Shown: positions 1 to 12,679, counted from the first letter of the stretch. The stretch is DNA of 64,000 bases from Picochlorum sp. SENEW3 (GCA_034226945.1 CP120459.1:620001-684000), one strand, 5' to 3'. Numbers and translations are program-made. The notes: a model not told the origin generated them from the letters alone.

Positions 1-1096
1 TCTCTTCCCATATCATCTCATCTATGATTTGCTGCACGGCCATGCGATCAAATTCTTCCATAGCTGCCAGAGCAGCCATTCTATCTTCTGGAGTGACCGA
101 CATGAGCTGTTTCGCCCACTGTACATGGTGCTCTTCTGCCATGAAATCACTCATTGGGGTGTCAATGATAGATCGCTGTCTGGAATGCTTTTTGCGAGAT
201 GCACGAGCATCAATTCTAGATTGCACATCCCGAGCAATATTTTTACTTGTGTTAAAAAGCCACTTTTTTCCGATTTGTAAAGCTTTCGCTGCCTTGTGTC
301 CAATATCTGCCATAGCCTCTCCAGCATTGTGATGATGAGACGATGACTCTGGTTGTTTAGATGCAGCCACGCTTGGCTGCACATCATCCCTCATGGATCT
401 TTTCTCAAGATGTTCAAACACTGGTAACGAGTTCCCTCGCGAGTGATTTGGAATATGTTCAGTTTCGAGTTCTCTGTATTCATGGGTTGAGCTTGCCACA
501 TCGGATTCACTTGGAATACTCTCATGCGTGACTTGCTCAATTTCACGAGAGGGTGTTCCACCAAAAATATCAAGAGGATCCTTAACGATGTCATTTTCTC
601 CAGTCAACATTGCTTCTCGCGCATCTAGTGAGAGGAAAGGGTCATCATGAAGTTCAACATATTCATGACTCCCAGAACATGGCTCCTGCTCGTCCATGGA
701 ATCTACTCCAACGCCAAACGGATTTTCCGCCTTTGATTTTTCGTTCAAGTTAATATCTTCAAACCTTGAGAACACATCAACCCCACTACAATGGCATGCA
801 GAACACATCAACTCCTGCCACAAAAGTTGCCTCATCCAAAAACCAACATACCTGTCGCTATTCGAATCATTTTTGACATCTCCCATCTCTAACTGAGACC
901 AATCCAGATCATCAATCTGATGATGCATCATATCCTCGACCCCAGCAGCAGGTTCTTGCCACTTCTTCTGTTGGACAGCACCTGCAGGAAGTTGACTTTG
1001 ATCTGTTCCCGGAGAACTTCGACTCGGCTTTGGTACATTGGAACCATTTTTCATATCAGTCCTCTTCATTGTCTTTAATGACTTTGGACGTGACAT
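1..1096 (-). CDS. Hypothetical protein (5' part; runs off window)
   Basis: Open frame from ATG at 1096 (MSRPKSLKTMKRTDMK...) to the window edge; probable 66-nt GTATGT..TAG intron 786-851; absent from the ORF track because there is no stop in the window. Confidence 0.6.
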   Translation of the reverse strand, partial: MSRPKSLKTMKRTDMKNGSNVPKPSRSSPGTDQSQLPAGAVQQKKWQEPAAGVEDMMHHQIDDLDWSQLEMGDVKNDSNSDRYVGFWMRQLLWQELMCSACHCSGVDVFSRFEDINLNEKSKAENPFGVGVDSMDEQEPCSGSHEYVELHDDPFLSLDAREAMLTGENDIVKDPLDIFGGTPSREIEQVTHESIPSESDVASSTHEYRELETEHIPNHSRGNSLPVFEHLEKRSMRDDVQPSVAASKQPESSSHHHNAGEAMADIGHKAAKALQIGKKWLFNTSKNIARDVQSRIDARASRKKHSRQRSIIDTPMSDFMAEEHHVQWAKQLMSVTPEDRMAALAAMEEFDRMAVQQIIDEMIWEE

Positions 1097-1431
1097 TATT
1101 GATCCCTCTACGCCATCGAGCCCGCTCAACAGCCTATCGAGAGACTCGGGTGCCCCGGACTCCCCCATATATCGCTCTAAAACACAAAATGAATCTTCTA
1201 TGGAATTATAGTATTGTTTCCTCCCTCTCTCTTGACGCCTGCCACCTTCTGAGCAGCTTGGACCCATTGCAAAACAGTAGCGACACACCTTGAACGGTCA
1301 AAGAAACGTTTGATCGGTAGGTAAAATTTGAAGCCACGTGGCCCTACTTTGTCCCCACCGTGTCATCAAGACCATTTTAATTTTCATACATCATTCATAG
1401 ATCTAAAATTGAATTAAAATATACTGTGAGA

Positions 1432-1991
1432 ATGAGCGCTCGAACGATCATTCCTTCGATAGCTAAAAACACTCGCTTTGGGTTGGCACGAAGCAAAACT
1501 TCTTTGAGTACGTGGTGAATACAATCCCAAGATTGTAATATTATGTACAAATGATAGTGCATTACCGGGATTTATGATTTCTAGAGGGCGTACTGACCAA
1601 TAAGACACGGTGATACTACAACGCAGGGCCTTTTCGAACAATAGGAGTTAGCGTGCAGGCCTCTTCCGCTGATCCTGTGTCACTGATCAAGCAGAAGAAT
1701 GAAGAAAATCCAGTCATGGTGTATTCGAAGACCTACTGTCCATTCTGCTCGGAAGTCAAGTCTTTGTTCTCCAACCTGGCTGTTGATGCCAAAGTGGTAG
1801 ACTTGGATACCCTTGCTGATGGCGATGCAATCCAGGACGCATTGATGGAGGTTTCTGGTATGAGAACAGTCCCACAAGTGTTCATCGGAGGGGAATTAGT
1901 CGGCGGATGTGATGATACCATGGGCGCGTACAGGAATGGCACACTTGTCACCCTGCTGAAATCTGTTGGAATCGCACCAAAGGCAGACTAA
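1432..1991 (+). CDS. Glutaredoxin, class I (CPFC active site), probable organellar transit peptide
   Basis: YSKTYCPFC, TVPQVFIGG and GGCDD motifs; exon 1 1432-1507, GTACGT..CAG intron 1508-1626 restores the frame. Confidence 0.9.
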
Positions 1992-2019
1992 TCATCCTTT
2001 TCTTTTTCAATGCATTATC

Positions 2020-2577
2020 TTATATTATGTCTTTTTTCCTTGTCAAGAAATCAGGATCATTTCTCAAACGGTTTGATATCCGATTGAACCACTTGTCTAG
2101 TACATTTGTTGGGCAAACAATCTGATCTGGGCCAACTTGGCTGACTCCCGAGTATGATTGCATGTATTGGAATAGATCCATCCCAACTCGCCTACAAAAG
2201 TCCTCTTTTGCTCCTATCTTTGCCCCATGCTTTGCGGATGCTTCCTCCAATGGCTCAATGCCAACACCAAGGATGATGATGGGGTGGCGTGTGCCCTCCT
2301 CATTTCCCCATGACAGTGGCATCACATCTGAAGGATGTGAATTACTGACAAATCCTCGGAATACGAAATCACTCCCTCCTATGGATGTGTACAGCGAGAG
2401 GGCTGCATCTGCTGGGAGAGAATTTGGACTTTCCAAGGAGAGGAAAACTTCCTTCAATGCATTCGCATTAGCACCTACAGATGAGGATATGTCAAATACA
2501 AACTGGGTCGGGCTTGTCTGTTGGAATGCTGTGGAATGAATGAGACAGCTGGTTCCAATGAAGCTAATTGCAAACAT
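2020..2577 (-). CDS. Hikeshi/OPI10 (DUF775) family protein
   Basis: N-terminal MFAISF, 'FRGFVSNSHPSDV', and C-terminal 'VLDKWFNRISNRLRNDPDFL' typical of the family. Confidence 0.8.
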   Translation of the reverse strand: MFAISFIGTSCLIHSTAFQQTSPTQFVFDISSSVGANANALKEVFLSLESPNSLPADAALSLYTSIGGSDFVFRGFVSNSHPSDVMPLSWGNEEGTRHPIIILGVGIEPLEEASAKHGAKIGAKEDFCRRVGMDLFQYMQSYSGVSQVGPDQIVCPTNVLDKWFNRISNRLRNDPDFLTRKKDII

Positions 2578-2937
2578 GTGCAAATCGAGCACAATCGAGC
2601 GATGCGTTAGTCACAGCGATATAATAAGATGCATCATTTGAATGGATGTTCTAGATTTGTTATATTGTATACAATTCTAGATCCCAGGTTTTGCTGGCTG
2701 TTGATGAATTCCACAAGACATGCAATTTCTCTCTGGATGGGAGAACGACCCTTCGATGCCGGATTTGATAGGAAAGTATTTTGATCTCCGTCAAACAATG
2801 ATTTGATCGAAGAAGAACTTCCGTTATCTCGTTAACGCGTCGTAGTAGACTTTGTGACCATCACAATGCGCACCACCGTTGAAGAACACGCGCTTGTCAC
2901 CCCTTCCGGGCAGTAAATTAATGCGATATTCTACAAA

Positions 2938-3756
2938 ATGATGAATCTTTTCAACGCAGGACTTGTTGCAGTTGGTACGTTGGGCAGTGACAGTGAATTG
3001 GCCAGAGATCTCGTTGGAGAACCACCCATATCTGACCTAACTACATTTCATGGATTACGCTTGCGAAACTCATAATCACAATATTATGAATTTGATGCAG
3101 TTTTGGGAGCGGCTGGAGTATCCGCTGTGACGGTTGGCGATCTCCAAGGTGCTTTGTGCAGTCCAGGGGTGGAAGCGCTTGGAGGGGAGCAATTCTCCAC
3201 ACTGGTTGCTGCTCTTGATGCGGCCAAGGATGTGGAGGTGGGGGATATTCCATCTGATCAGAATCTTGTGATTGTGGCACCAACCAATGATGCCTTTGCA
3301 GCTGCTCTCGAAGAGCTCGGCGTGACAGCAGAGGCTCTCTTGAGTGATACCGATACTTTGGCCTCAATTTTGAGTGTGCACGTCGGGTTTGCTGAGAGTG
3401 ACGAAGCTACATCCGCAGTTGACCTTGCGAAGAGTAGCTTGACATTCATGGTTGATGGCCAAGAATCTCCTCTTGAATCTACCTGGCCAGTGGATGGCGA
3501 ACAGGTTGCTGGAGTGTCTATTATGGGACCTGTCAACACTGCTGATGTTGCATCAGTGATCAGCTGCGTGGGTGGAGAACAAACCTTGTTCGCAGCCGAC
3601 AGCGTGTTGCTCCCCGAGAGTTTGGCACCAACTCCAACACCAACACCAACACCAACACCAACACCAACACCACCAACTCCAGCAGGGTCAGCACCTGCCA
3701 CATCCATGTTGGTGTCAGCTGGAGCTCTTGTGCTCGGTGCTCTCCAGTTCTTGTAA
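2938..3756 (+). CDS. Fasciclin (FAS1) domain cell-surface protein with Pro-Thr repeat, signal peptide and GPI-like tail
   Basis: 'VIVAPTNDAF' H1 motif and 'LASILSVHV'; (PT)n tract; hydrophobic C-terminus; exon 1 2938-2974, intron 2975-3100. Confidence 0.8.
3628..3681 (+). repeat. (CCAACA)n coding microsatellite encoding Pro-Thr repeat
   Basis: Tandem hexamers visible in the sequence. Confidence 0.9.
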
Positions 3757-3938
3757 ACATCTGGTGAACAAGGCCGTGTAGCCTGTTGAACTAGATTGTC
3801 AAGATTCCATACATTACTAGCACCATGTCGACAATGAGCATACACTGCAGAGCAGTGAACACTCCATGAACATTGTACTATTGTATTGTATTCCTCACAT
3901 CCAAAGTTTCTTGTTACATGTCGATAAGTCACACACAA

Positions 3939-4783
3939 TCACTTTTTACCAAACAGATTTCCCTTTTTCTTCTCCGTCTCGTCCGACCCATCCGTCTCCT
4001 CTCGAGCATGTTGAATCATTTTCACTGCCAATGCTCCTCCTCCCAAGAGGACTGCTCCCATGAACAACTTTGGAATAATACCTCCACTCCTGCAGCATGT
4101 ACAAAATTAGTTCCTCATTTCTTTACTCAACATGCAACACGCCAGTGCAACAAGAAAACGTACTTTTTCGTGCTCTTTCTACCCAAAAGGCTATCTGGGT
4201 TGCGGACCTGGTCTGGCTTCAAATAATTCATGGAAATTCTGATGAATCCTCCATCCGCACCCTCCCCAGGCTTAAACAGTTCGAAATACTTGTCAATTGG
4301 AACAGCATCAAGGATATCTTTCATATAAATACCGCAAGCAGCCAACACAACAGAAGATGATTTTTCTCCAGGCTGCTTTGGCTTTGGCTGACACAAGAGG
4401 ATTCGAAGCTCCCCAGACCCTTCAAAATGCTCCAGTGCCAACTGCTCCTCCCATGTCACAACCCCACCAGCTACTCGTGACACGGATGTTTGCTTCTGCA
4501 CCCAACATCCATAACCATGAGACCATACCCAACCAGAAAAACAGCAAGACAACTCCCACATACCTTGACAGGACGGGCCTTTGGTCCTCTAATCTCGACT
4601 GCATGCGATCATATCAAAGATTTAAAAACTGATTTCATCGTCATCGTATAGACAGTACTGGCACGTACTCTTGGCAAAGACATTGCGGACAGATTCATCC
4701 CAAACCTGGTCGTCATCCCCATTCTGACCTGCTGCTTCTAACACTTTCACCACCAAATATCCTTGCAGCTTTGATTCACTCAT
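3939..4783 (-). CDS. C2-domain-like protein with C-terminal membrane anchor (multi-exon)
   Basis: MSESKLQGYLVVKVLEAAG..., 'VTWEEQLAL', 'GFIRISMNY'; last exon GIIPKLFMGAVLLGGGALAVKM; about 3 GT-AG introns. Confidence 0.6.
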
Positions 4784-5066
4784 ATTGTATATTCTTTCGA
4801 TAGTTCACGATCTGTAATAACCAATATGCCGAGCACTCGACCGTGGACACCTCGATCGGAGGTTGAAATTGCAAGGGCGACTACAACAAGGTAGATGAAA
4901 AAACAATCAGTTGATCTAAAATATTTACTTGGAAATATATAAAAGGGAAAGTCCATGCGCCATGACCATCAGTCGTCCGCCGAGGTGACATTTGAAAGAT
5001 TCTACGTTGTTGATCATCTCAAATCTCAACAGCAGTCTTCGTTCATCTGGAACATTGTCACCATGA

Positions 5067-6214
5067 TCACTTCGATCCCATCATCATCATACCACTGGTA
5101 GTACTCAGTTCGACATCGGCAACAGCAGAGTTGTCGAGTTGGCGGTATTCTCCTGTTCTCTTTGCTGCACTGTTGAACTGGACATCCCTCCCATACATGG
5201 CACTGTACACCTTTCTCATGATCAGTAAAAGAACAGCGCTTGCTGCACAAATCCATAGCATATGCATGACAAATACTGCTGGTACCATCATTGTACCCCC
5301 CATGTAGTCTGGATCATATGCAGGGTCTGCTGTGAACATGATGAAGGCAGTTTGAATCCACCATACACCCTGAAGGAATGTGAGTATAGGCCTGAGTGAT
5401 GCGACGACAATGTTACTCCGATGCGATGCTTCCGCCAATATGCTCAGGAATGTTGCAAAAATCTGTAATACGAGGATCAGATGCACCATGACCTCGATGG
5501 CTGGCCCTTTGAGATGGAACACGAGAAGGATACCTTGTACCAAGAATGAAAGCGAGAGAAACCCGAGCTCCAAGGACTCTGGTACTTGCGAGTAAAATCC
5601 AACTAAATCAATCACACCAGACGTTGCGAAAGCTAGATACATTGCCGAATGCTGCCAATCGTTGATATTGTCCACCACAAACTTGCCATCCGTTGCAATC
5701 AGAGTCCTCCATGATTCATGCCCCAACCACAACTCTCCAAGGATACCAAATGATGGTAGAATCACTTTCAACAAGGGCTCTAAAGGGATCCTTTGAAGCC
5801 AAATTGGACCAAAGAAAACATAGTACCATGGCCTCGATGAAAACTTTCTATTCAGTGCTAGAGCCTTCAGGTAGGTGTCAAACATTGCCACCAGCCACCA
5901 CAGCCCCCATACCTGCATCATTCAAAGCACGAGACAATCACACATGTATACGCATTGTGGACTAACCAGTACTTGGGACTCCTTGTCCTTGTCAACGTAC
6001 CGCAAAGAAAAGTCCTGGGACAATGTGTCCCAGAAAAGCTCCATGCGTGTAATAGTAACTACCATCTGCATTTCGTCCTACAGATCCATGGTCATGACCA
6101 CCACTGCAATGGAATAAACACAAAGTGACACGTGAACGAATGAACGACTGTTACAAGTTTGAACACGTACTCGTGGCCCATGGCTTCGCTTCCATGGTCA
6201 TGTCCGTGATCCAT
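5067..6214 (-). CDS. TMEM45/DUF716 family membrane protein with His-rich N-terminus
   Basis: 'GAFLGHIVPG' exon, 'WQHSAMYLAF' and 'LQGVWWIQTAF' motifs; two 5' exons joined by GTACGT introns. Confidence 0.8.
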
Positions 6215-6408
6215 TTTATCTACTATGATTACTAAAATATAGTCTCGCTTGCTCAACTGACATGCATCTTGAACTCGCGCGTGTCTCCATGCTTCATGGG
6301 ATCTTGTAATTAAGAGATCTGTAGAAGAGTCTCGTAGAACATGCCAAGAGTTTGACGAACATCGCGTTGAATATTTAAAACAGGATAAAGTATCTAGTGT
6401 ATGAAATC

Positions 6409-7416
6409 ATGACAATGTGGGTGGAATTAACAATCCTGTTGCTGGCAACGAGTACCCTAGGTTCTGGCTTGACCGAGGGTACCAGAGGTAGTATACACGT
6501 GAGAAAGGACACTGGTACAAGTACATTTGCTACAACTATTATTCGGGATTCAAATTACCAAGAAAAGATTGTTGGAGCCAGACCATACGTTGAGAAAGAG
6601 GAAGAATTGCCTGAAGAGTTCTTCTGGGGAAACGTGTCTGGAGGGAGAAATCTTCTCTCTCCGATACGAAATCAACATGTGCCGGTGTACTGTGGTAGTT
6701 GCTGGGCGCATGCAGCGACAAGTTCACTGATAGATCGATATAATATACAGATGGATGGGGACTGGCCTGGTCCTCAACTATTGTCCGTTCAAAATGTTAT
6801 TGACTGTGGAGAGGCTGGTTCCTGTCAAGGTGGCTGGGATTCTGGTGTATATAGATATGCAGAACTGTATGGGATTCCGTCAGAATCATGTAATCCATAT
6901 ATGGCGGTAAACCAAGAGTGCTCGAAGCGCCATCAGTGCTATACGTGCTGGCCAGGGTCAACCCCGGATGCCAACTGCAAGAGCTTGAACGATTACAAGA
7001 GATTGACTGTGGTTTCCCATGGGAGAGTCCATGGAATCAAGGATATGAAGGCGGAGATCTATGAGAGAGGTCCAATTAGTTGTGAGATTGATGCCACTGG
7101 TGGACTTGATGCATACACTGGGGGCATTTATGCAGAATACAAGCCAGATGCGTCCTCTAATCACTTGGTTTCTGTGGTTGGATGGGGAAGAGAATATGGT
7201 ACAGAATACTGGATTGTTCGTAACTCGTGGGGTTTTGAATACGGTGAGGATGGATACTTTCGCATTGTGACAAGCAATGCATTTGATGGAACTGGTAACG
7301 ACTTCAACCTGGCGATTGAGAGCAGCTGTGGCTTTGCTGTACCAGGTGATTGGCAACATGCGAGCACCTTTGAAACCCTTCCTCATGATCTGCGCCCACA
7401 GGTCATGGTTATGTAG
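6409..7416 (+). CDS. Cathepsin Z/X-like papain family (C1A) cysteine protease
   Basis: 'RNQHVPVYCGSCWAHA' with the cathepsin X mini-loop insertion, catalytic 'NHLVSVVGWG' and 'YWIVRNSWG'; signal peptide. Confidence 0.9.
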   Translation: MTMWVELTILLLATSTLGSGLTEGTRGSIHVRKDTGTSTFATTIIRDSNYQEKIVGARPYVEKEEELPEEFFWGNVSGGRNLLSPIRNQHVPVYCGSCWAHAATSSLIDRYNIQMDGDWPGPQLLSVQNVIDCGEAGSCQGGWDSGVYRYAELYGIPSESCNPYMAVNQECSKRHQCYTCWPGSTPDANCKSLNDYKRLTVVSHGRVHGIKDMKAEIYERGPISCEIDATGGLDAYTGGIYAEYKPDASSNHLVSVVGWGREYGTEYWIVRNSWGFEYGEDGYFRIVTSNAFDGTGNDFNLAIESSCGFAVPGDWQHASTFETLPHDLRPQVMVM

Positions 7417-7689
7417 CTGAGACGGGATACAGCAGACTGCAGAACAGTTTTTAATGGAGCATAACTGACAGAAGCAACAACAGCGGGCAACCCACATGGC
7501 GATTTGGAAACGTGGATTTCCAAAAAGAATTAGTGTGGGTTACAGCACCGGTGCTGGTCACCAGTCCATCCACATGGCGAATGGATTGACTATTCTCGAC
7601 AGAACCCGACAACCGTCTCATATCAAAAATATTGTTTTTAAATAATAACACGACATTATTATTATTCCATCTCCAAACCCATACGAGGG

Positions 7690-7896
7690 ATGAATTCATC
7701 TTCCGGCAATAACTCTTCATCTCCAGCTTCCGGCAACACCGGTGGAGACTATCCAACATTGGTGACGGGTCCAGAGTACACGACTTACACAAGAAATTTA
7801 TCTGATGACAGCAGATATGTTTACCAAGGGAAAGACTCCAATGGAGATATGACATGGGTCGACTATGGTCCAAAGAGTGCACAACAGAACAGGTAA
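7690..7896 (+). CDS. Small hypothetical protein (68 aa)
   Basis: ATG-initiated ORF in an otherwise empty gap, followed by TGTAA signals; no recognised motif. Confidence 0.35.
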   Translation: MNSSSGNNSSSPASGNTGGDYPTLVTGPEYTTYTRNLSDDSRYVYQGKDSNGDMTWVDYGPKSAQQNR

Positions 7897-8150
7897 AGGA
7901 CCACTTGGTTCTCTCTTTACTTGTACACTGTAAGAGTAGTATTCTATTCAAGCGTTGTAACAATATGATTTGAGACACTGTTTCATCTTGATGACGTGAG
8001 GGATGCCCCTCGTATCATATATCTCAAAGTGATTTCGTGGTATGAAACTTTGCTCTTTCCCACCTTTGGATGTCATTGTCCCCCATCCATCGAGGCATTC
8101 CATTCTTTACAATTTCATTAAGTTTAGTGTATTTTCTATGATATGTCAGT

Positions 8151-8981
8151 ATGAGAAGAAGCATATCAGTCGTACCCTCCTGTCCCACATTTTCGAAACG
8201 ACCACAACTGCGGCTTTGTTGCCAGCGTACCACTGGCAGAAAGAAATGTGTTGTCGTGAGTGGTGCATACAAAGATCCTTACTCTATACTAGGTGTTTCA
8301 AGGACAGCGAGTAAGAGTGACGTGAAGAAGGCGTACAGGAAGAAAGCGTTGCAACTGCACCCAGACGTTAATAAGGCACCAGATGCTCGAGAAAAGTTCA
8401 TGGAGTGCAAGAATGCGTATCAAGAAATCATAGCTAATAGAAGGAGTGATTCATTCGATAAGGAACCCCGTCGAGCTTCAGGGACACGACAAAACGAGCC
8501 TCGTCGGCAACAGGAGAAGGAGGAGGAGTTTTATGGTTTGGGTACGTGGTTGATTATATAACTTCATTGTTTCTAGATGTATCATCGATGCGCCATGTAC
8601 TGTCTGCAGGAGATTTATTCAGAGATTTAGAGCAGGAATGGGCCACATCGCAGGGGACTTCAGGGGAGCCGAAAGGCTTGTGGGAAGAGCTCGCTGATAT
8701 CGGCGAAGAATTTGTCGAATTTTTAGAAAAGGTATCCCCCAATGACCCGTTTCTATATTGTTCAACACATTTTTTGAGACAAGGTATAACTCATGTTACT
8801 CATGAATACAACGTAGGGTATTGGAATCGATAGCAAAACTCCCCAAAGTTCAGCACAGAATATGCGGGATGAGGAGGCAAAGACACGATACAGGGCTGCA
8901 CCGCAGGATGGCACAAAGCCTACTCGGAAATTGGATATAGATGAGGAACTTGAAGAATTGAGACGCAAAATGGGACTTTAA
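8151..8981 (+). CDS. Chloroplast DnaJ (J-domain) protein, CDJ2-like
   Basis: Transit peptide, 'DPYSILGV...HPDVNK' J domain, acidic '[18 protein letters not shown]'; 2 introns. Confidence 0.85.
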
Positions 8982-9001
8982 ACGATTAAATTGTAATAAA
9001 A

Positions 9002-10223
9002 TTAGAGGTCATCCTCCTTCTTTCCGAATGAGAAGATTGATTTAATTGCATTGATAGCCCCTTCGTTGATGATTGGCTCGTCGTATTTGTTTATCAATGG
9101 CTTGAATTTATCGCTTTTTCTCAGAGTCTCCAGGTTTGGATCCCTGCGAATCTTATCAAAATCCTCAAACCCACTTGCCATGGCAGCATCCAGCGCTTCG
9201 AGACCACTTTCAACCTGCCCAAGGGTGGAATAACAGCATGCAATATTGTACTGAGTAATTCTGTACACTCTTGTCACGCGAGAGAAGTCATCTCCGACAT
9301 AGTTCTTTGGTTCCATGGAGAGAACATTCTCAAAACCAATGAGGGCTTCTTCAATTGTGCCAGACCTGAACTTGGCAAGGGACTCATCAAACAGCTCTCT
9401 TCTCTTCCTCTCTGCCTCCTTTCTGCTAATATAGTTTTGCTCCTGCATTTCTTTTGTTCCCATTCCATAATTTCCTCCGGCTCTCTCCTCCCTAAACTGC
9501 CTCTCAGCCTCTGTAAGCTCTTCCTCCTCCAGTGCAGACATGTCACCATAGTTGCGCTTCAATCGAAGATACACCTGACCATTTCTCGTCTTAATGGCAT
9601 AGATGACCTGTCCGAAGTTCAAAGCATCCCAAACATCTCCTCCAAAGGACGCGCTTACCTTGACAACTTTGTCTCCAGGGGTGATATCACTGGATGTGTT
9701 TCCCATGGCTGGATTTGAAGCAATCACATACGCACCCCCATCGTTTCCACGAGCAAATTTCACACCGAGTGGCTTGTCAAGATACACCTCGTATTCTTCC
9801 TCACCAGATGTGGCCTTTGTTTGCACAGTCTCTGAACTACTTGCCGAGACCCTCCCTGGGAGAAGCGCCACAGGCACCTGTCTCTACAACACCACCCACA
9901 CATTTCAACGTCAACCTCCCACCGTGATAACCCGAATTATGGACGAAATTTCATTTTAATCCAAATATTAGTGGCATTCTCCATGCATCCGCACCTGCAT
10001 CACCCCTTGTCTCAACGTGACATTTCCACCCACAATTTTGGAAACCGATCGTCTGCAGTAAAAGACATCAGATGATCCTCACAGACATCCATATAACCCA
10101 ATCATACAGTAATCTAGATCTCAAGGACCACACAGATCAGCACAGTTTCCAAACAAACGGGACGTACTGATTTCCACGTTGCACAACTGGAAGTGCTACA
10201 GCAGTCTTTGTGGATGCAATCAT
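9002..10223 (-). CDS. MET1: Thylakoid PDZ/K-box/TPR protein MET1 (TEF30)
   Basis: '[22 protein letters not shown]' PDZ and 'YNIACCYS' TPR; transit peptide encoded in upstream exons. Confidence 0.85.
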
Positions 10224-10476
10224 TGTAGATCTCTTCGCTATGTAACAACAGGATGAGAAAGAAAAATGGGTACAGAGTGTTAGCGGACAGAATTGAAAGT
10301 GATCAAGTCCTATCAAGACGAACATATCAAATCCTATCAACAAAACATTTCATGGGACTCGCCCAGCCGTCTTCGCTCATCCAGGCGACAGGCCAGGATA
10401 TATCATCCAATGCCGCAATTCTGATAGGACATTCTACAAATACAGTCATAAGACGTGTAATAGAGTACAAGAGATA

Positions 10477-12077
10477 ATGGATAACGACCCTAACGCTCCT
10501 CCTACTGCTAAAAAGGTCGGGAAGGCTTCTAATGCTGAATGTACGTCTGCTTGTCTTTGTAATACACGATTGCAGCCATGCCACATTCAATATGTGAATC
10601 AATCTGATTGGATGTGGTAGTTGGGGGGCATAAGGCTCTATCGTGAACCCCATCCCTGGTGATAGCGTTGGCAGTTTGGCGTCCACGCTGCCAATTGTGA
10701 CTCTTTGTGTTTGTATGTTGGCGATGCGCTGTCGATGACTTAACTTTATATATATGAATCTGTAGCGAGAAGCCCCAAAGATCCACAGTGGTGGTTGGCT
10801 GGGTCTGTGCACCCGTACGCCCCATTTGTCGGAAATGCTTTGAAATGGGAGAGTTATGTCTACGATGATGGATCAACGTATGTGCTTATGAGTTCGAGTA
10901 TTAGTAATGTAGTATAGTTTGCTAATGGATGTGCGATACCTGCAGATACGAGGGCACAATGCTCTTGGATGTACCTCATGGGAAAGGAACTATTGTCTTT
11001 GGAAATGGATTTGGAGGAGGCATTCAGAGGCCAGAAAAGAATGATAAGTACGAGGGCGAATTTGATACAGGATTTGCGCATGGGCTTGCTCAGTACACAC
11101 ACACATCCAAAGGGAAATTGTTTAAAGGAGAGTACAATGTTGGACAGCGACATGGATGCGGTGCAGAGTATGATATGAGTCCATTTTTGAAGAAAGTCAA
11201 AGGAGGAATGGACCCATCGCAGGCATGGGAGGAAACAAAGGATACGATTGAAAGTAAGGCAAAGTACGGAACGTGGCTTAGGGATGCATTCTTTACTGGG
11301 CCAGATGAGAGCGGGCGATGGTGCCACATCAAAGAAATCACGTATGTTGTCACGCTCTGTGTCAGAATTGCACCATGTAAGTTTATTACTATATCATTAC
11401 GTTTTTCTTACTGCAGGGGAACAGTCAAGGAAGTAGACGAAGTTGTGGAAAAGGTTAGGATGTTCCAGTACAAACCAGATGGTGAGGTGACCCTTCGCTT
11501 TGCTAGGGATGCAAAAGGGTTCCCTGCTCCATTGATGCAAGATCCTGTGCATTATCCACATGGATCTACATTCCTTGCCCCAGGTCCTTTGGGGCTGTGT
11601 CATTCAATCCCGAATGACTCCAAGTTGAAGAATGCCATGTCAAAGGCAGCAGCAGTGCAGCAGCATATTCATGACATGTACAATATCCCAGAGAACCCAG
11701 AGCCGGGATCCATTCTGGAAAAAGCAATGAAACTTTGGAAGAAGAAGCAAGCTAGAAAACAGAAGGCGCTTGAGAAGAAACTTCAAAGAGAGATGCAGCG
11801 CATTCGCAGAACAGAAGCTGCAGTTGCAGACGACGAGGGAGCAGCTAGTGCAGACATTGTAAAAGAAGAGGCTAGCCCTCAGGTGGAAGAAGAAGAGATT
11901 GATGATGATGATCTGATTGCGTTCAGCGAGTCTGGACAAGGAAGCAATGGCCCTAGCATAGTTGCCAGTGCATCTGTTGGACTCTCCAGAGCTGTGATAT
12001 CAATGCAAAAAGCCCTTCATGCAGCTAGGATCAAAGCACCTCGCTTACCAAGCTTCTCATCTCACAGGAATCAATAA
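10477..12077 (+). CDS. MORN-repeat protein, Tic100/EMB1211-like
   Basis: 'YVYDDGST-YEGTMLLDVPHGKG', 'KYEGEF' and 'VRMFQYKPDG' resemble Tic100; several introns including in-frame 11342-11416; start uncertain. Confidence 0.65.
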
Positions 12078-12124
12078 CTATAGTCACTTTACAGCTGTAA
12101 CAGAAAACAAAATCTAAAATATCA

Positions 12125-12679
12125 TCATGATGCATGCTTTGCCAACCAACTCAAGGTGACATCCAAATTATTCTTATTCTTGCAGGATATACTGTACAGA
12201 CAGACCTCTCTATCCTTCAAGCTCCTCAGCTCTAGTCTACTGATCAATTCTTGCGAACTCAACGCCCCTTCCAAGTCATTCTTATTACCCAGAACAAGAA
12301 GTGGTATCCCATGCAACGATGCTCGACCCAGCAATTCGTGTAAATCCTGCTTCGCAACATCAATTCCATCATAATCCGCTGAATCCACCACAAAGACAAT
12401 TACATGAACCCCACGGCAGTAACGCTCCCACATGCTTCGAAATCTTGGCTGACCTCCCAAGTCCCACATCTTTATGGTCACCCCTTGCTTCGTTACTTTG
12501 CGCATATTAAACCCTACAGTTGGTATCATTTCTTCGTTGAAATCTCCACCGGATAATGCCGTGACAAGAGATGTCTTTCCAGCGTTTTGTAGTCCCACCA
12601 AGGACATTTCCATCTCCTTTGAGAAGAACAGGCTCTTCAGGTACTCCCATAGAGCCTCCCACCAGCTGAATAAACCCAT
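12125..12679 (-). CDS. ARL8: ADP-ribosylation factor-like GTPase ARL8
   Basis: GLQNAGKT, '[14 protein letters not shown]', '[19 protein letters not shown]', NKxD. Confidence 0.95.
   Translation of the reverse strand: MGLFSWWEALWEYLKSLFFSKEMEMSLVGLQNAGKTSLVTALSGGDFNEEMIPTVGFNMRKVTKQGVTIKMWDLGGQPRFRSMWERYCRGVHVIVFVVDSADYDGIDVAKQDLHELLGRASLHGIPLLVLGNKNDLEGALSSQELISRLELRSLKDREVCLYSISCKNKNNLDVTLSWLAKHAS

Noticed and set aside
1540..1600. ATGAT...CTGA in the glutaredoxin intron as a C/D snoRNA
   Set aside because: The C box is poor, CTGAC is explained as a branch point, and no rRNA-complementary guide was recognised.
3258..3938. 226-aa antisense ORF with (GV)n
   Set aside because: Shadow of the fasciclin gene's Pro-Thr repeat; most other short antisense ORFs in the track are likewise shadows.
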